64,000 bases of DNA, from positions 62,124,001-62,188,000 of the forward strand of contig OX597822.1 of NCBI GenBank assembly GCA_951406725.2. The letters run 5' to 3'. The number at the start of each line of letters is the position of its first letter. The stretch's first letter is position 1. Below, in pieces: positions 26,460 through 40,310 of this stretch. The notes under the pieces are model-generated. The model was not told where the DNA came from. It saw only the letters and a list, made by a program, of their open reading frames with translations, and did no database searches. The position numbers and the translations under genes are program-made. The stretch comes from Octopus vulgaris. Taxonomy: Eukaryota.

Positions 26460-27200
26460 TGACCGGCACTGAATGGGCCAACAACGAACTGATCAGCGAT
26501 GAAGTGAGTGTCGATGAATTGAACAATGTCCTGTTATCCAAACGCCGTCGTCGTGCACCCTAATTCTCTTTTGACTCCCGCCTCCTTGCCAATAGGGAAG
26601 TTAGATTTTCATGCCAAGATCTGACACCTCAACATTATCGGCTTCATTCCATATGTTTTTCCAGTCGTTTCGTATCTTCATCAAATCTTTAAGGAGTGTC
26701 AGTGTTAGATACTTCTCCGCCTTGAATGATCTCGTTGAAATTATCTCTTGCAGCAGACGCATTAAATTAGAACTGATATTAAAGTGTAAATAAGTTTTAG
26801 CAATCTTCATATCTTATCTTGAGTGCTCAGCTCTAAAACATGTTGCAATGCTAAACGGTTCACCGGTAAGTTGAGACAAGAATGGTTTGATACCTTCAAG
26901 GCCACCTGGCTTTTGATATACCCTCATTTTAAAGTAATTGCTAACCTTTAGTAGTGTAACTACGTAAATTACAAATCGTTTGAACTGTTTCAAAATATGG
27001 CTTGCGATAAGTACTCAGCAGAGCCATTTCTATAAAAACTGAAAATATAGCAGCCACTTTCATCTACACACAGAAAGCACTGTTCTAGTATTTTTGGTTA
27101 TACTTCCTCGACATGTTGGCAGCATTATCACATACTTGCAACCTTCAGTTATTCAGATTAACTGTGTTCATTGCAGCAATCTGCAAACTTGGTAAATCTT
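26460..27200 (-). pseudogene. Possible decayed hAT-like transposase fragment
   Basis: Weak resemblance only: LLKDLMKIRNDWKNIWNEA...LGMKI and a CxxHSxNL-like remnant. Confidence 0.3.
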
Positions 27201-27744
27201 TACTAGTACATCGTACACATCATTTAAGTTAACATACCTAAACAGAAATAATGGGGGAGGTCTAATACTGCAGCTCGAACAAAATATCCTTTTTGCGTAA
27301 ATTAAAGATGGCGGCATCAGTTTTATGTTAAAGTATAAAAATATAAATGAAACGTATTTTTTTAAAGTAAAGCTGATATATCCACATGCAGTGGATTTTC
27401 GATTTAATTTTGTATAGAAATAATTTCCTGCATGTCAATAGTAGATTACTGAAAGCAGAAATCTTTAATTTAGTACTAAAAAGCAAAACAACAAAAATAC
27501 AAGCAAACACACTTACAGATAAAAGCCGACAGAGATGCATTATTGAAGACTCATATTTTGTATATTCTGATAAATGAACTGAACTAACCAAACCTATTTT
27601 AACCTAACTTAACTTACAATAATAATAGGTTAGGGAAGGTTAAATGAGTTTATTTAGAAAAATATATAAAAAAAATTACAAATACATTTCTCTATATTGA
27701 GAGCGTATCGCATGCCAAAGACACAATTGAAGAGCATCTAAATA

Positions 27745-28695
27745 TCTCTCTCTATATAAACGCAGTTTGTCTGTCTGTGTGTCTGTCAGGTTGTACCCTC
27801 ACCGTGACCACGGCTCTCAACCGATTCTGATGAAACTTGACACACACATAGCCCAATGTCATAATTCAAAACTAACGCAGCGAAAAGTTTGAAAAGTTCC
27901 CCCAGTTCTGAAAAAAATCGATAGATTCGACATGGGGTCGAGAATCAGAAACACAAACCACAGACTGTCTAGGGGACGCAACTCGACCTTTTTAACTCTC
28001 AACTCCATCAATATCCAGCTACTTGAAGCTATTCCTGGTGATGTCCACGTCTACAAATCTATTGATAGGACAGCAGACCCCACCGAGCTTGCCGATTATC
28101 CTGTTGAATTCCTGAATTCACTTGAACCGCCAGGCCTGCCGCCACACATCCTGAAGTTAAAAGTCGGTGCGCCCATTATGCTCATCAGGAATTTGGTTCC
28201 ACCTAAACGGTACAACGGCACACGTCTGGTTGTGAAACATTTGCCACCACGTTTAATAACGGCCACAATACTTACCGGTTGTGGGAAGGGAGAGGACGTC
28301 TTCATTCCACGCATGCACCTTCAACCGTCGGGCGCTGACCTACCAATCCACTTCAGGCGTTCTCAGTTTCCTGTTAAACTCTGCTTCGCAATGTTCATCA
28401 ATAAATCCCAAGACCAAACGCTACAAGTCGCTGGGTTACAGTTGGGCGAACAGTGCTTCGCCCACGGTCAACTCTACGTGGGCTGTTCACGCGTTGGGAG
28501 GCGCAATGATGTTTTCATGTTTTCGCCCAAAGGGACAGCTAGGAACATCGTATACACAGAAGTATTCGAGTGAAGAGAAGACATTGCAACCTACACATGC
28601 GCCTTCCTTCCCTAGAGGGAAAGGACTAGATTGGGATTAGTCGTTGCCTACTAGGGGCTCTCACATACCCGGGCAACGCCGAACTATGCTGCTAG
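27745..28695 (+). mobile_element. Non-autonomous Helitron
   Basis: A|TC start, (GTCT)n-like repeats near 5' end, degenerate 3' hairpin CCGGGCAACGCCG then CTAG|T; inserted at an AT site without TSD. Confidence 0.9.
27932..28573 (+). CDS. Helitron PIF1-like helicase C-terminal fragment (open frame)
   Basis: YPVEFLNSL, LKLKVGAPIMLIRNL, NGTRL, FPVKLCFAMFINKSQDQTL, HGQLYVGCSRV; Rep domain and Walker A/B absent. Confidence 0.85.
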   Translation: MGSRIRNTNHRLSRGRNSTFLTLNSINIQLLEAIPGDVHVYKSIDRTADPTELADYPVEFLNSLEPPGLPPHILKLKVGAPIMLIRNLVPPKRYNGTRLVVKHLPPRLITATILTGCGKGEDVFIPRMHLQPSGADLPIHFRRSQFPVKLCFAMFINKSQDQTLQVAGLQLGEQCFAHGQLYVGCSRVGRRNDVFMFSPKGTARNIVYTEVFE

Positions 28696-29025
28696 TATAT
28701 ACGTATAAAGATGGTAATAATTTATTTATGTACTTTTTTTTTATTGAAAGCCCTACCTTTGACGTTTAGAGAATTCTGTGCTCTAATTAAATAAATTAAT
28801 TATTTTTTCTTGCAGTAATGCCGACACACAGTGTTTATAAATTCAAGAGGTGACTGATGACGCTTAGATTATGTTATTTCATGATTAATGGATTCGGATT
28901 CGAATTCGTCCATTCTTATTTTTTCTTGTGTTTGTGTGCGTGTATGTGTGTGGGAGAGGGAGAGAGAGAGAGAGAGAGAGTACACACACACACACACATA
29001 TATATATTTATCTACAAGATTGATT

Positions 29026-29386
29026 GGCACCTTGGGAGATTGTCTTCTGCTATAGCCTCGGGCCGATCAAAGCCTTGTGAGTGGATTTGGTAGACAGAAA
29101 CTGAAAGAAGCCCGTCGTGTATATGTATATATATATATATATATATGTATATGTATGTATGTGTGTGTATATGTTTGTGTGTCTGTGTTTGTACCCCCCC
29201 CAACATCGCTTGACAACCGATGCTGATGTGTTTACGTCCCCGTAACTTAGCAGTTCGGCAAAAATAGACCGATAGAATAAGTACTAGGCTTACAAAGAAT
29301 AAGTCCTGGGGTCGATGTGCTCGACTAAAGGCGGTGCTCCAGCATGGCCGCAGTCAAATGACTGAAACAAGTAAAAGAGTAAAAGA

Positions 29387-29388
<2 letters not shown>
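29026..29388 (+). mobile_element. SINE family A, 5'-truncated
   Basis: Starts at the CORE-like motif; tail intact. Confidence 0.9.
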
Positions 29389-29454
<66 letters not shown>

Positions 29455-29893
29455 ATTACATACTGAAGAGAAAAGGAATTATGGGACTTCTATATACACA
29501 CAGCCATTACCTATTCTTACAAAAAATTTCACCATGGATTTATCGTATTTTTATCAAAATTCTTAGCCCAAATTTATACCAATATATATCTATACCAATT
29601 ACTTTTTAAAGAAAACCTTTATCATACGATTTTAAATAGCATCTCTATCATTCGATTTATTACACTAAAATTCAACCTTTTCTCTGACGCGTGGATATAC
29701 TTCATAATAATGGTTATCAACTTTGGATTTCATTTCGAAAGGTGGTATATTCATGAAACGATCGTAAGATCTCCCAAATCTTTTTAAATGATCATAGTTA
29801 TACTTTTTATAAATTTTTTTATTAATACAACATTGTTTATATTATGTACTTATCTCGACTGATTTTTATGAAATAGTTTTTCTGCTTTTACTC

Positions 29894-29941
<48 letters not shown>

Positions 29942-30081
29942 GTATGTATATGTATATGTATGTGTATATATATGCACACATGATGTATATATATATATAT
30001 ATATATACACATACATACACACATACCATGATTGATCGCTAAATCCACAAGTTTTTATTCTCTCTGTTCATTTTGTCGTGT

Positions 30082-30120
30082 TCTTTTCTGCTGAAGAGCG
30101 TAGGCTCGAAACGTAAAAGA
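30082..30120 (+). ncRNA. Minimal type I hammerhead-like motif (variant core)
   Basis: TCTTTT-CTGCTGA-A-GAGC-GTAG-GCTC-GAAAC-GTA-AAAGA; homologous to 54301 and 62697. Confidence 0.55.
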
Positions 30121-30852
30121 CTTCTTCACATTCCCGAGCGTCAAACTAATACACTTTCTTGTTGTTTATACATCTAATTAGAGGCCTTCCGCTTTGGTTA
30201 TTGTTGTTAATGTTTTTATTAGTCTCTGGTTAAGCTTGATTGCGCAGATTTGTGCTCGAAGACTGGTGTACTTGTGATCAATTTGTCTTCCGTTGCACAG
30301 TGTACACATTTTATCCACTGTTTAATTGATTCTACCATTTGATGTTTTCATGCCACCACCACCACCACCATAACCACCACCACCATCACGAACAACAACA
30401 ACAACACCAGTATCCACCTAGTCTTCCTAATAACATTAATGATTTCAAACATAGGCCACATATTTTTTAGGGAGGTGATGAGGGAGAAGTCTAGAGTAGA
30501 TTCAATGAAGCCCGGTACTTGGCTAGCACAAAATTCATGCCATGGAAAGATGAAAGACCAAAGTAACCTGAGTGAAGGGTTTAAACTCAAATATAAAGCT
30601 CTTTAGTTATATGTAAAGAACCATAACTAAATTTTTGCAAGGCATTTTATCTGACCCTTTATTAAATGGATCATCTAATGCCTTTATGCTATTTAGTTCC
30701 CTAATAGTAATAATTACAAAAGTAAAAAAAAAAAATGAATAAAAAAATAATTAGTAAAAATTGCAAACCTTTAAAAATCTAACATGAAAATCAATCAGCA
30801 TCTAAAGAACACGTCTTGTTTTCTATTATCCTACTTTAGATAAGTGAGTGAG

Positions 30853-30929
<77 letters not shown>

Positions 30930-31174
30930 TAAAGAGAGAGAGATAGAGAGAGAAAACGAGAGAGAAAGAGAGTTTTTTCCTTCAAGCAAAAAAAAAAAAA
31001 AAGAAGACAGTCTTTTCTCATCTTTTAGATAAAATAACAATCACTAAATGAATATGTAAATCAGTAAGTAGATAAGATAAAGTTAAAAATAATAATAAAA
31101 TAATGCAATGAAATATATTATGGCTTCCACACTAAATTCGTCAGATGTGGTAACTACAAATATGCACATATAGA

Positions 31175-31230
<56 letters not shown>

Positions 31231-31649
31231 GTATATATATGTATATGCATATATATATACACACATGCATACAAACATATACATAAATTGTATATACGTA
31301 CACATACTCATGCTTACATATGTACAAATACATACTATACTCATACACACACATACACACACGCACACACACGCACAAACATATATGCAAATATATATAT
31401 ATATATATGTATGTGTGTGTATGTATGTATGTATGTATGTATGTATGTATGTATGTATGTATGTATGTATGTATGTGTATGTGTGTGTGTGTGTGTGTGT
31501 ACAGAACTAATACTGCATCCCTTCTTCTATAGCCTTCAGCTTCATTGTCATAAAAATACTTCCGGCTTAACCAGCTACCGATTTTTTACAAAACCCAAAT
31601 AAATTCCACAAAAGAATAATTCTCTGCCTTATGTGAAATAGTGTTGCAA

Positions 31650-31713
<64 letters not shown>

Positions 31714-32246
31714 GCATTTCAGAATACATCCCAAAAGAAATCCGCCCAATCGGTAGGTAAAAAACATCCTCTGGCGCAGAGACGCATGGTCTCTTCACTT
31801 TGACTACTAGACTGGTACAACAAACACCTTTGAATTAGCTAGCTGAAAATGAACACCATCTACGTTACTTGACCCACCAGCTTCTTCTAATCTTGTCACC
31901 TATGCAGTGCTCTTACAACCACCGACTGCTGTATCCAATACATCCTTTCAGAGCGTGAATCGTCAAGAAAATCTTTCCTGTCCACGCTTCTCCTGCAGAT
32001 GTCGACTTGCAACTAAGTTATTCAAAAGAGCAAAAGCCATTGTTATAGCAATCAAAGAGGAGAAGTGAGGAGATCGTGCGTCTGCGAACCAGAGAAAGTC
32101 GCACGTTGTGAATGAGTCTTCGATTGCCGATCAGATGCTTTTCTTTTGTATGCAATCTGGGATGTTTGTGTGTGTTTGTGTACATGTGTGCGTGTATGAG
32201 TGCGTATGTGTGTGCATGTATGTGTGTATGTCTGTGTGTGCATGTG

Positions 32247-32305
<59 letters not shown>

Positions 32306-32954
32306 TTGCAAGATTTCCCTCATATGCGGTAAATATTGAAACAGGACAGAAACCATATTAATCTAACACTCTAGTAGGACTTCCGAAGACCATTACCCGT
32401 TCTCCCTAACTAAACCACACTCAAAAGTTCTATATTTTATACAAAGCACACTAGCACCTATACACACACACATACACACATATATACATATACACGCACC
32501 AAATTAGGTATAACAGCTTCTCTTCGAATGTGACTTTTTACTGCCAAATTAACATGGCAAAAAAGCTACAATTCTTTTGCAAACACCCAATTACCAACAT
32601 TAAACATACATTCAAATGTCAAGGAGACAAAACAAAAACACATCACCACAAACTATATTTTATACTATGCTATACGAAATCAGTAAAAAGTCTCCACGAA
32701 ACCATTTCCCTCAAGAGACTGAATCATATTCTACGAATTGTGAATCTGCTTCTTGGTGGAAAGTAATTGTCTATAAAAGCATGCAAACGTTAACAACACT
32801 TAAAAATAAAATGAAAAATATGAAAAACGAAATCATCTTTTGTGAGCAACATTTATGATGATGTACTTTCACATCTTCAAAGGATACCTGGGAGGTGGCA
32901 GTTGAATAACTATGAATGCTGCCATAATCGCAAGCGGACGACAGCAGTAACATC

Positions 32955-32989
<35 letters not shown>

Positions 32990-33004
32990 CATACATATAT
33001 ATAT

Positions 33005-33053
<49 letters not shown>

Positions 33054-33119
33054 TTCATATATACATAGTCAGACATACACACATATGTACGTACATACAT
33101 ACATACATACATACATACA

Positions 33120-33213
<94 letters not shown>

Positions 33214-33419
33214 TATATATATATGTGAATATATGTTTGCATATATGCATGTCAATGCGTATATTTTGACTTATGCGTGCCTAATGCAAAGAGTATAACA
33301 TTCGTATGTGCATATGGAAATAGATATATATTCTATCGGCTAAATTTTGGGTATGTTTTTACATATTTTGGGGTTCCATCAATGACTTGTAATTTTCTGT
33401 GTATGTATATTTGCATGCA

Positions 33420-33893
33420 TATACATGCATACATACATACATACACACCTACAAACATACATACATCCATGCATGCTTAACTGCATACATACATACATAC
33501 ATACATACATACATACATACATACATACATACATACATACATACATACATACGTACGTATATTCATACATGCATACATACATACTTACGTACGTACGTAC
33601 ATGCATTCATACATACATACATACATACATACATGCATACATACATCCCGACATACAAAAGTACATACATACACACATACGTACATACATACATATATAC
33701 ATACATACATACATACATACATGCGTACGTACATTCATGCATGCATACATACATACATACATACATACATACATACATACATACATACATACATACTTAC
33801 GTACGTACATACATTCATACATACATACATATATACATACCGCCATACATATGTACATACATATATACATACATACCGCCATACATATGTACA

Positions 33894-33927
<34 letters not shown>

Positions 33928-34037
33928 CATACATACATATATACATACATACGTACGTACATACATTCATACATACATATATACACACATACATCCCGAC
34001 ATACAAAAGTACATACATACACACATACGTACATACA

Positions 34038-34071
<34 letters not shown>

Positions 34072-34290
34072 CATACATACATACATACATACATACATGC
34101 ATACATACGTACGTACGTACATTCATACATACATACCGACATAGATACATTCATACATACATACGTACATACATACATTCTTACATACATATATACCGAC
34201 ATACATACATACATGCATACATACATTCATACATACCTACATACCGACATACATACATACATACATACATACATACATACATAGTACATG
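33420..34290. repeat. Complex (TACA)n microsatellite with higher-order duplicated blocks
   Basis: Direct reading; block CATCCCGACATACAAAAGTAC occurs at ~33645 and ~33993. Confidence 0.95.
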
Positions 34291-34735
34291 AGCAACGACT
34301 TTCACCATGTATTTGTGACGGGTTAACTACCACGTTATACACACACATCATCTCCCTTTCTCACTCTCTCTCACTCACTCACACCTCACCCCACACGCAC
34401 ACACATATGCACACACACACACACACACACACACACGTATATGCGTATGTACATGCATCCATACACTGATATTCAGAAAATGTATGCACACATACATTCA
34501 CACATAAATATACACAAAACTACGTACATGCACACAGATATACATACATGTACACACAGAACATTGCACTTAAATGCATATATTCAAGTACAATTCATAC
34601 AAACAGCATTGATTAGTCGGCAATCCTCGAGCTGAGTACACGTACGATCGTTAGCAGATAGGAATATGCAAATACATATGATAAAATATATAAGCATAAA
34701 CCCAAGGGAGTTGTAAAGGAATAAAGAAACGCACT

Positions 34736-34780
<45 letters not shown>

Positions 34781-34957
34781 ACGCACACGCACACTCACAC
34801 ACACATACACGTACACACATACAAGCATTCACACATACACGCGTACACAAAAACACATTCTAATTGGATATGAATGCAGCATTAACAGCCCAAGGAAAGA
34901 CTTCCCATGTTTGAATATTCGGCACGCACACACACACAGACATACACACACAGACAT

Positions 34958-34988
<31 letters not shown>

Positions 34989-34989
34989 C

Positions 34990-35057
<68 letters not shown>

Positions 35058-35195
35058 CAGAAATCAGCCGTAATATACATAATAGTAATATTATGTCCGT
35101 CTCTTATTCCCCTCTTTCCATTCGTGCTATTTTACTTTTATATAATATATATATATATGAAATAAATGCATGTGAGTGAGTGTAAGCATATATAT

Positions 35196-35229
<34 letters not shown>

Positions 35230-35514
35230 GCACACACAGGTAAAATAGACTAATGGAAAGAGGAAGGTAAGAGTGGGATAGGTGGATGATGCGAGAAGTT
35301 ACAAGAGATGGGCAAAAATTCAGAAAGTGATGAACAAAAAGTAAACACACAGGCACACAAAATATAAATAAAAATTGGGCACAACGAGGACTATGGCCTC
35401 AAAATGGAAAAGCGGAAAAAAAAAGACGGATGTTTCGGGGGAATGCTTTATCAAATAAGAAGCAATGTGAAAGAAACAGGAAACGATATCTATGTGTGTC
35501 ATTCTACTACATGC

Positions 35515-36213
35515 TAGTGCTTCCCAAAGTGGGCAGTAATGTGCCCCTACGGAAAGTTCCAAGGGGGCGTTGAAGAAAAGTGGGGTGATAATGAGGAAGC
35601 GATGTATGTTGGGCGATAATGGGGTAGTGATTTGTGTAAAAACAACAAAATAATGGGTTTATTCTTCTTCTTCAGCACTCCGTCGGTTACGACGACGAGG
35701 GTTCCGGTTGATCCGAATCAACGGAACAGCCTGCTCGCGAAATTAACGTGTAAGTGGCTGAGCACTCCACAGACACGTGTACCCTTAACGTAGTTCTCGG
35801 GGATATTCAGCGTGACACAGAGAGTGACAAGGCCGGCCCTTTGAAATACAGGTACAACAGAAACAGGAAGTAAGAGTGAGAGAAAGTTGTGGTGAAAGAG
35901 TACAGCAGGGATCACCACCATCCCCTGCCGGAGCCTCGTGGAGCTTTAGGTGTTTTCGCTCAATAAACACTCACAACGCCCGGTCTGGGAATCGAAACCG
36001 CGATCCTACGACCGCGAGTCCGCTGCCCTAACCACTGGGCCATTGCGCCTCCACAATGGGTTTATTAGGTTAAGTTTTATTTGTGAAATGCAGTTGCTTT
36101 GAATTTGCTTCAGTAAGAGGTCTATATTTGTGATGGCTAGTTGGGGTGGGGGCGCTAGGAATGTGGCCAGGGGGTCAAGGGGGCAGCAGCCCGAAAAGGT
36201 TTGGGAACCACAA
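35515..36213. mobile_element. hAT-type MITE carrying a nested SINE
   Basis: Terminal inverted repeats AGTGCTTCCCAAA / TTTGGGAACCAC resemble CAGTGGTTCCCAAA hAT-Charlie ends. Confidence 0.65.
35664..36054 (-). mobile_element. SINE family C, tail type 2
   Basis: Family C head and body with a different tail ending (GAA)n; 12-bp TSD AATGGGTTTATT at 35652-35663 and 36055-36066. Confidence 0.92.
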
Positions 36214-36259
36214 GAGTGTGTGTGTATATATATATTATGTATGCATGCATGAATGTATG

Positions 36260-36293
<34 letters not shown>

Positions 36294-36539
36294 TGTATGT
36301 ATGTATGTATGTATGTATGTATGTATGTATGTATGTATGCATGTGTGCACGTATGTATGTTTGTATGTGCGTGCATGTGTGTGTGTGAGCATGTATGTGT
36401 ATATGTGTGAGATCACTTTTGTGATCTCTTATGAGCGCCACTGATAATATGAAATCCAATATAACCTGTTGCATTGTAGGGTTGCCGGCGAGTAAACCAC
36501 CTGCTTGGTGAGAAGGGATGCTAGAAAGCCAAAAAGACT

Positions 36540-36594
36540 AAAAACAACAGCAGCAGCAGCAGCAGCAACAACAACAACAATAATAATAATAATG

Positions 36595-36628
<34 letters not shown>

Positions 36629-37239
36629 TAATAATAATAATAATGATAATAATGAAAATAATAATAATAATAATAATAATGATAATAATGAAAATAATAA
36701 TAATAATAATAATAACAACAATAATAATAATAATGATAATAATAATAATAATGATAATAATAATAATTATAACAACAACAACAACAACAATAATAATAAT
36801 AATAATAATAATAATGTTAATAATAATATTAATAATAATATTAATAATAGTAGTAGTAGTAGTAGTAGTAATAGTAATAGTAATAGTAATAGTAATAAAA
36901 ATAATAATAATAATAATAATAGTAGTAGTAGTAGTAGTAATAGTAATAGTAATAATAATAATAATAATAATAATAGTAGTAGTAGTAGTAGTAGTAATAG
37001 TAATAGTAATACTAATAATAACAATAATAATAATAATAGTAGTAGTAGTAGTAGTAGTAGTAATAGTAGTAGTAGTAATAGTAATAGTAATAGTAATAAT
37101 AATAATAATATTAGTAGTAGTAGTAGTAATAATGGTAATAGTAATAGTAATAGTAATGATATTAATATTAATAATAATAATAGTAGTAGTAGTAGTAATA
37201 GTAATAGTAATAGTAAGAGTAATACTAATAATAATAATC

Positions 37240-37272
<33 letters not shown>

Positions 37273-37485
37273 ATAGTAGTAGTAATAGTAGTAGTAATAG
37301 TAGTAGTAGTAATAGTAGTAGTAGTAGTTGTAATAGTAATAGTAATAGTAATAATAATAATAATGATAATAATTGTAGTAGTAGTAGTAGTAGTAATTGT
37401 AATAGAAGTAGTAGTAGTAGTAGTAATAATAATATTAATAATAAAAATAGTAATAATAATAGTAGTAGTAGTAGTAGTAATAGTA

Positions 37486-37521
<36 letters not shown>

Positions 37522-37638
37522 GTAGTAGTAGTTGTAATATTAATAGTAATAGTAATAGTAGTAGTAGTAGTAGTAGTAATAATAATAATAATAATAGTAG
37601 TAGTAGTAGCAGTTGTAGTAATATTAATAGTAATAGTT

Positions 37639-37720
<82 letters not shown>

Positions 37721-37748
37721 TAATAATAACAATAATAATAATAATAAG
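36540..37748. repeat. 1.2-kb compound (TAA/TAG/CAA/TGA)n trinucleotide tract
   Basis: Direct reading; explains the poly-I/V and poly-I/T ORFs. Confidence 0.97.
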
Positions 37749-38730
37749 AGTAGCCGAAATATGCTGCAAAGAAAATAAATTAATTGCAAAGACAAAAGCA
37801 CATGAAAAATTAGCTAGCAGATGGAAACAGAAACCTCCGCATGGCAAGTATGCGGCTCGTAGCAAACAAGCTGACGTCGACCAAACACACATGCATCAAT
37901 GGTTACGAAGCTCAGGGCTAAAAGCAGACAGCGAAGATTTCATATTAGCTGCTCAAGACCAAAGCTTATTAACCCGGAACTACCAAGCCAATGTGATAAA
38001 AAATGAAGCTGACCCAAAATGCCGATTCTGTAACGATGAGATTGAAACTATAGACCACCTAATCTCAGTTGTAGAATCTTAGCACCTGTAGAATATAAAG
38101 CAAGACATGACAGAGTTGGCCAGTATTTACATTGGACAATATGTCGGCATTATAAAATCATCTTGAAGCTGTGATTGAGGGAGAAAATGTGTCGATTCTA
38201 TGGGACTTCCCCGTACATACCGACAAAACTATAAAAGATAATAAACTGGATATTATTATAAAAGATCAGTAAAAAAAGGTGTGTTTATTAATTGCCATGA
38301 ATATTCCTTGCGATCACAATATAGCAGCGAAAGAATTTGACAAGATCAGTAAATACAAAGACTTGCTAATAGAAATTGAAAAAATGTGGCTTCTCAAGGC
38401 GACTACAGTACCAGTGATTGTAGGATCTCTAGGAATGATAAAAAAAGGTACTGAAACCTATTTGAAAATGATATTAGGCTTACCATCCCTACAGGAAATG
38501 CAAAAAATCGTGTTAACTGGAACGACTCATGTACTGAGAAGAGCATTATTGCTGTGAAAACAACATCTGTTCATGAATTTATTTATTAATTAATTTTTTT
38601 AAATACATATTTTATCTGTGAATTTGTGTGTGTAATCTGGGATTGCATACAATGAGCTTCTCTGCTCTAGGTGTACGGAAAGCACTCGGCGAGAAACGGA
38701 AGAAAATTTGAAGAAAGAAGGAAAGAAAAC
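37749..38730 (+). mobile_element. 5'-truncated R4/Dong-type retrotransposon
   Basis: WKQKPPHGKY, AAQDQSLLTRNY, CRFC...ETIDHLIS knuckle, RHD, LWDF, KYKDL, PVIVGSLG; flanked by TAA/CAA repeats. Confidence 0.92.
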
Positions 38731-38745
38731 AACAACAACAACAGC

Positions 38746-38815
<70 letters not shown>

Positions 38816-38851
38816 GCAACAACAACAATAATAATAATAATAATAATAATA

Positions 38852-39592
38852 ATGAAATAAAATGAAACCATTGATCATGTTGTCTCCAAGTGCAGTCTTC
38901 TTGCACCTACAGAGTATCTCAACAGGCATGATGGAGCTGCACAATATATTCACTGGGTAATTTGTAAAAGCCTGGACTTGCCCCATGATAAGAACTGGTG
39001 GGAACACAAACCACCTTCAGTGCTTGAAAATGACCACACCTCACTTCTCTGGAACTTCACCATTCAAACTGACGGAAAGATAGATGCGAATAGGCCAGAC
39101 ATCATATTGAAAGACTTCAGACAAAAATCATGCCTCCTCATTGATATGACTGTCCCAATCGATATAAGCGTATCTGTCAAGACCTACCAAAAACTGAGCA
39201 AATATAAAGATCTTGAAATAAGAAATTAGCAAAATGTGGAACCTGAAGACTAAAACAATACCTGTTGTCATAGGAATGATAGTAAAAGGGGCTGATTGCT
39301 ACCTAGCTCAGATACCAGGAAACCCCAAAATGGCAGAAATTCAAAAGATAGTGCTCATGGGAACTGCTCATATCCTACGCAAAATACTTTCTATGTAATC
39401 TCAAGTTTTAAAACAAACATAATTTTCTTATGGTTTCTTAAACATTCTCTTGAACAACACTATGTACAAAACCAAATATATGGTATCCTAAGCATAACAC
39501 CAACATGAATTTCTAGCTTGTTGTCTCTTGAAGCCTCTAGGTGAGACTTGGAGCCAACTTGTACAAATGTAAAGCAAAAGTCAAACATAAAA
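38852..39592 (+). mobile_element. Second 5'-truncated R4/Dong-type retrotransposon (different family)
   Basis: ETIDHVVSKC, RHD, NRPDIILKD...LIDMTVP, KYKDL; (TAA)n on both sides. Confidence 0.92.
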
Positions 39593-39593
39593 T

Positions 39594-39652
<59 letters not shown>

Positions 39653-39684
39653 TAATAATAATAATAATGATAATGATGATGATG

Positions 39685-39754
<70 letters not shown>

Positions 39755-39756
<2 letters not shown>

Positions 39757-40310
39757 GCCCCGATGCAGTACCAGGCAGTGGTTCTCGTGGCTTCTGATCT
39801 TAATTGATTGGGAGTGTTATCATGTACATTGTTTTGTCTTGGTATAAAAGATGGGCTACAGTAAATATTCTGCTCAATACCACAGATTTGCTTGTCAGTT
39901 ATTTGACCGTAACCAGTTGAACATGTCCCTTAGTGGCTGACGATATGCGCCTCTCTGACCACGAGCAGAAGTAGTGGGGGAGTATCATAGCTATGTGTTG
40001 AAAGGAATTCTTGGAGGTTTGAATAATTCACCTCCGGAAACATGGGTGGCTCGTTCAACATACTTAAACAATGCTTATTCAGGGTCCTTTTGAGCGGGAT
40101 GGGCTACTCGAGCAGAAGAAAATTTTAACTGGGCTCCACCAGCAAAGTCGTGTGCTGTTTATCTTGATATGAGATCACCATTTCACGCACATATGGTTGT
40201 GATGCATGTGCCTGGTGTACCCTTATCAGACGGGTAGTCATGACGGGTATACTGGGCTTCGTATATTTTACCCCAGTGTCACTTTGATGGCATGCACTTC
40301 TCTCTCACTC
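39755..40310 (+). mobile_element. Family D non-coding element, full length
   Basis: 556 bp, ATGCCC...CTCTCACTC, (TAA)n on both sides. Confidence 0.92.

Noticed and set aside
27826-27840. CTGATGA hammerhead core in the Helitron 5' region
   Set aside because: No stem II or correctly placed GAAA/NUH
30091-30111. Alternative canonical reading CUGAAGA for the 30082 motif
   Set aside because: It leaves a 1-bp stem II and misaligns stem I; homologous copies support the CUGCUGA register
33399-34469. Long HTYI/MYVC-repeat ORFs here and elsewhere
   Set aside because: Translations of (TACA)n, (TA)n and (CA)n microsatellites
35975-36054. tRNA genes at SINE heads (also 26054, 47935)
   Set aside because: A/B boxes are present but run into repeated SINE bodies, several with TSDs; no complete cloverleaf
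36429-38082. 525-aa and 487-aa poly-Ile/Val/Thr ORFs
   Set aside because: Stop-free frames of a TAA/TAG tract; only the last ~110 codons of the + ORF are real and belong to a retroposon fragment
39755-40310. Family D as a solo LTR or as carrying an HDV-like ribozyme
   Set aside because: TG...CA can be read at the ends but no matching 4-6-bp TSD, and the extra 5' A is shared by both full copies; CCCTGA/TCAGGG pairing lacks the P3/L3/P1.1 elements of an HDV fold. Left unclassified
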